From Vicugna vicugna (taxonomy: Eukaryota): a stretch of 64,000 nucleotides of DNA. A model generated the notes under the pieces. It saw nothing but the letters and a program-made list of their open reading frames with translations. It was not told the DNA's origin and did no database searches. Below, one piece after another: positions 61,806 to 64,000 of the stretch. Both the position numbers and the translations under genes were made by a program. The stretch lies in the NCBI GenBank assembly GCA_013265495.1, contig MU058658.1, positions 1 through 64,000 of the forward strand, in the 5' to 3' direction. How positions within the stretch are numbered: the first letter of the stretch is position 1; every line of letters begins with the position of its first letter.

Positions 61806-63244
61806 AAGCATAATGAGATAATTAGTGATTGACATGGTATTAAATGGGGTCTATTTTATAAGGTCGGCTAGAGGTTAACATTTATATGATTGCTCATTAA
61901 CTTTCCAAACTATTATAACAGGATCAGCAAAGAAAGAAAAAGACAAACACATATGATGAAATTATTTAGTTTTAAGGTATGGGGGGGAATATAAAAAGAA
62001 TGTAGAAAGCCATCCATAAACAATTGGAAAGTGAACAGTTTAAAATAACAATTACGTTAAGATCCAGAGACATGCAATACCTAGTGTAAATCTAACAGGA
62101 GACGCAAAAGAACTTTACCCTAAAAGATCACAAGACGTTACTAAGAGAGATTGAATAAGACCAAAATAAACGGAGAGATATATGATATTCATAGATTACA
62201 AGGCTTGGTGATTTGGGATGGCTGTTTCCCGAAAGTGGGTCTTACAGTCCGAGTGCCATTTTTTTGGTGAGAATTGACACATTAGTTCTAAAGTTTATAT
62301 GGAACGACAGAGGATCTAGAATTGGCAACAACAACAAAAATCCTTGATAAAAACCGAAAAACAACCAAGTTGAGGGGTTTATGCTATCTGATTTCAAGAC
62401 CTCATGAATACATTCACAAAATAGGAAACTCAGATGATGTCAAAGGATGATTATTGCAAAGTTCCCTCCCATCCTCCATCCCCCAACTACCGAGTCCCCT
62501 TCTTCTGAAGTAACCAAGGTTACCAGATATTTTGGTGCTATGTATGCAAAACAAGTACATTTTCTATTTTTTCCCATGTTAACCCAAAACATGATGCTCT
62601 GTCAAGCTTTGTGTTTTACTTTTGTCCCCCTCACAATGCTGTATCTTAGTAATTTGTGTACTGCAATACACAGAGGGGTGCTTCATCCTTTTCATGGCTG
62701 TATAGTATTCCATAGTCTGATATACAACAATTTTTTTAAATGTGGGTGGACACTCAGGGTGTGTCCATTCTCTGATTTCACATTCTGCTTGTTGGTGACC
62801 ATCTAGAGCTGGGCAAAGCAGTGCAGACAGAGACTAGCCTCAGGCTTCCAGGTCTTGGTGCCCCTGGACAGTGAAGACACCCCTACACTCTGGGCATTTG
62901 AAAACATCTGCCTGGGTGGTCTTCAGAATCCCTAAATGTGTCGGGATCACTGCTTCCTGGTTACTGTACATCCCCAAACTCTCTCTGAGGATGTGTGAAG
63001 CTCCTCGCCTCTCTTCCAAGATAACACGATCAGCTCAGGGCTATGACATTTTATTTATTTATATTATTTCTCAAATTTATTTTAGCTTTAAATTTTTTAT
63101 GGAAAAGGCATGTGACTTCAAATTGCTATGGGGTACACGTGGAACTAACATAGTGTTGTAGGTCAGTTATACTTAATAAAGAAAAAAGAAAGGCATATGA
63201 ATATCTTGGAATTTTCTCTTAGTAAACAATTAAGAATACATATT

Positions 63245-63400
63245 GGGGGAGGCTATAGCTCAGTGGTAGAGCACATGCTTAACATGCACAAGGTCCTGGG
63301 TTCAATCCCCAGTACTTCCACTAACAAAACAATAAAATGAAATGAAATGAAATAAAATAAAATAAAGCAAGTAAACAACAAAAGACAAAAGAAAACATAT
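63245..63400 (+). mobile_element. Vic-1-like SINE
   Basis: tRNA-Ala-like head, (AAATG/AAAAT)n tail. Confidence 0.9.
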
Positions 63401-63621
63401 TGTTTAAAAAATACAAATAATCATTTAGTTTCTAAACTATCCATCAAGCATTCTTTTATAATATCAAAATAATGGGAACAACCTAAATGTACAATAATAG
63501 GGGATGCGTGAGTGATACTAAGCAAACCTCCAAAAAGGAATTCAACGCGTCCATTCAAATGCAGAAGATGTTATGGAAAGACGTTCATAGTTTACAGAAG
63601 AGTATACACGCAGTAGGATCC

Positions 63622-64000
63622 CTTTTTAAAATTTTTATCGAAGTTTAGTTGATTTACAATATTGTGTTACAAACAATAAATGCTGGAGAGGGTGTAGAGA
63701 AAAGAGACCCCTCCTACACTGTTGGTGGGAATATAGTTTGGTGCAGCCATTATGGAAAACAGTATGGAGACTCCTTAAAATACTAAAAATAGACTTAACC
63801 ATATGATCCAGCAACCCCACTCCTGGGCATCTATCCAGAGGGAACTCTAATTCGAAAAGACACCTGCACCCCAATGTTCATAACAGCATTATTCACAATA
63901 GTCAAGACGTGGAAGCAACGTAAATGCCCATCAACAGGTGACTGGATAAAGAAGTTGTGGTGTATTTATACAATGAAATACTGCTCAGCCATAAAAATGA
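63622..64000. mobile_element. L1 with 5' inversion, continuing past the window end
   Basis: Antisense 3' tip 63622-63668 joined to sense ORF2 C-terminal sequence from ~63669. Confidence 0.75.

Overview
Mammalian non-coding DNA, most likely from a camelid, judged by about 21 copies of a tRNA-Ala-derived Vic-1-like SINE and many similar young L1 3' ends. I find no credible protein-coding gene: the ORFs are low-complexity, repeat-derived or L1 remnants. The window is rich in L1, MLT1/ERV LTR, MER5/MER20 and SINE remnants, and has four CpG-rich islands and one 327-N assembly gap. The main signal is a dispersed family of about 15 paralogous modules of roughly 110 bp, recurring mostly every 2-6 kb between 4.1 and 59.4 kb. 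The fullest copies carry a kB/NFAT-like palindrome (CTGGAAAATTCCAG), a 53-64 nt spacer with a C/T-rich tract, an RFX X-box (GTTTCCATGGCAAC) and the flank AGCCTGAGCC. Eight sites match GTTNCCATGGNAAC exactly, against about 0.004 expected by chance in 64 kb. Other structure: a ~1.3-kb near-identical inverted duplication flanking 9.4 kb, a 48-bp-arm inverted repeat, an ~80-bp templated insertion, and nested and 5'-inverted L1 insertions. Repeat boundaries are approximate and subfamily names are from recognition, not a database search.
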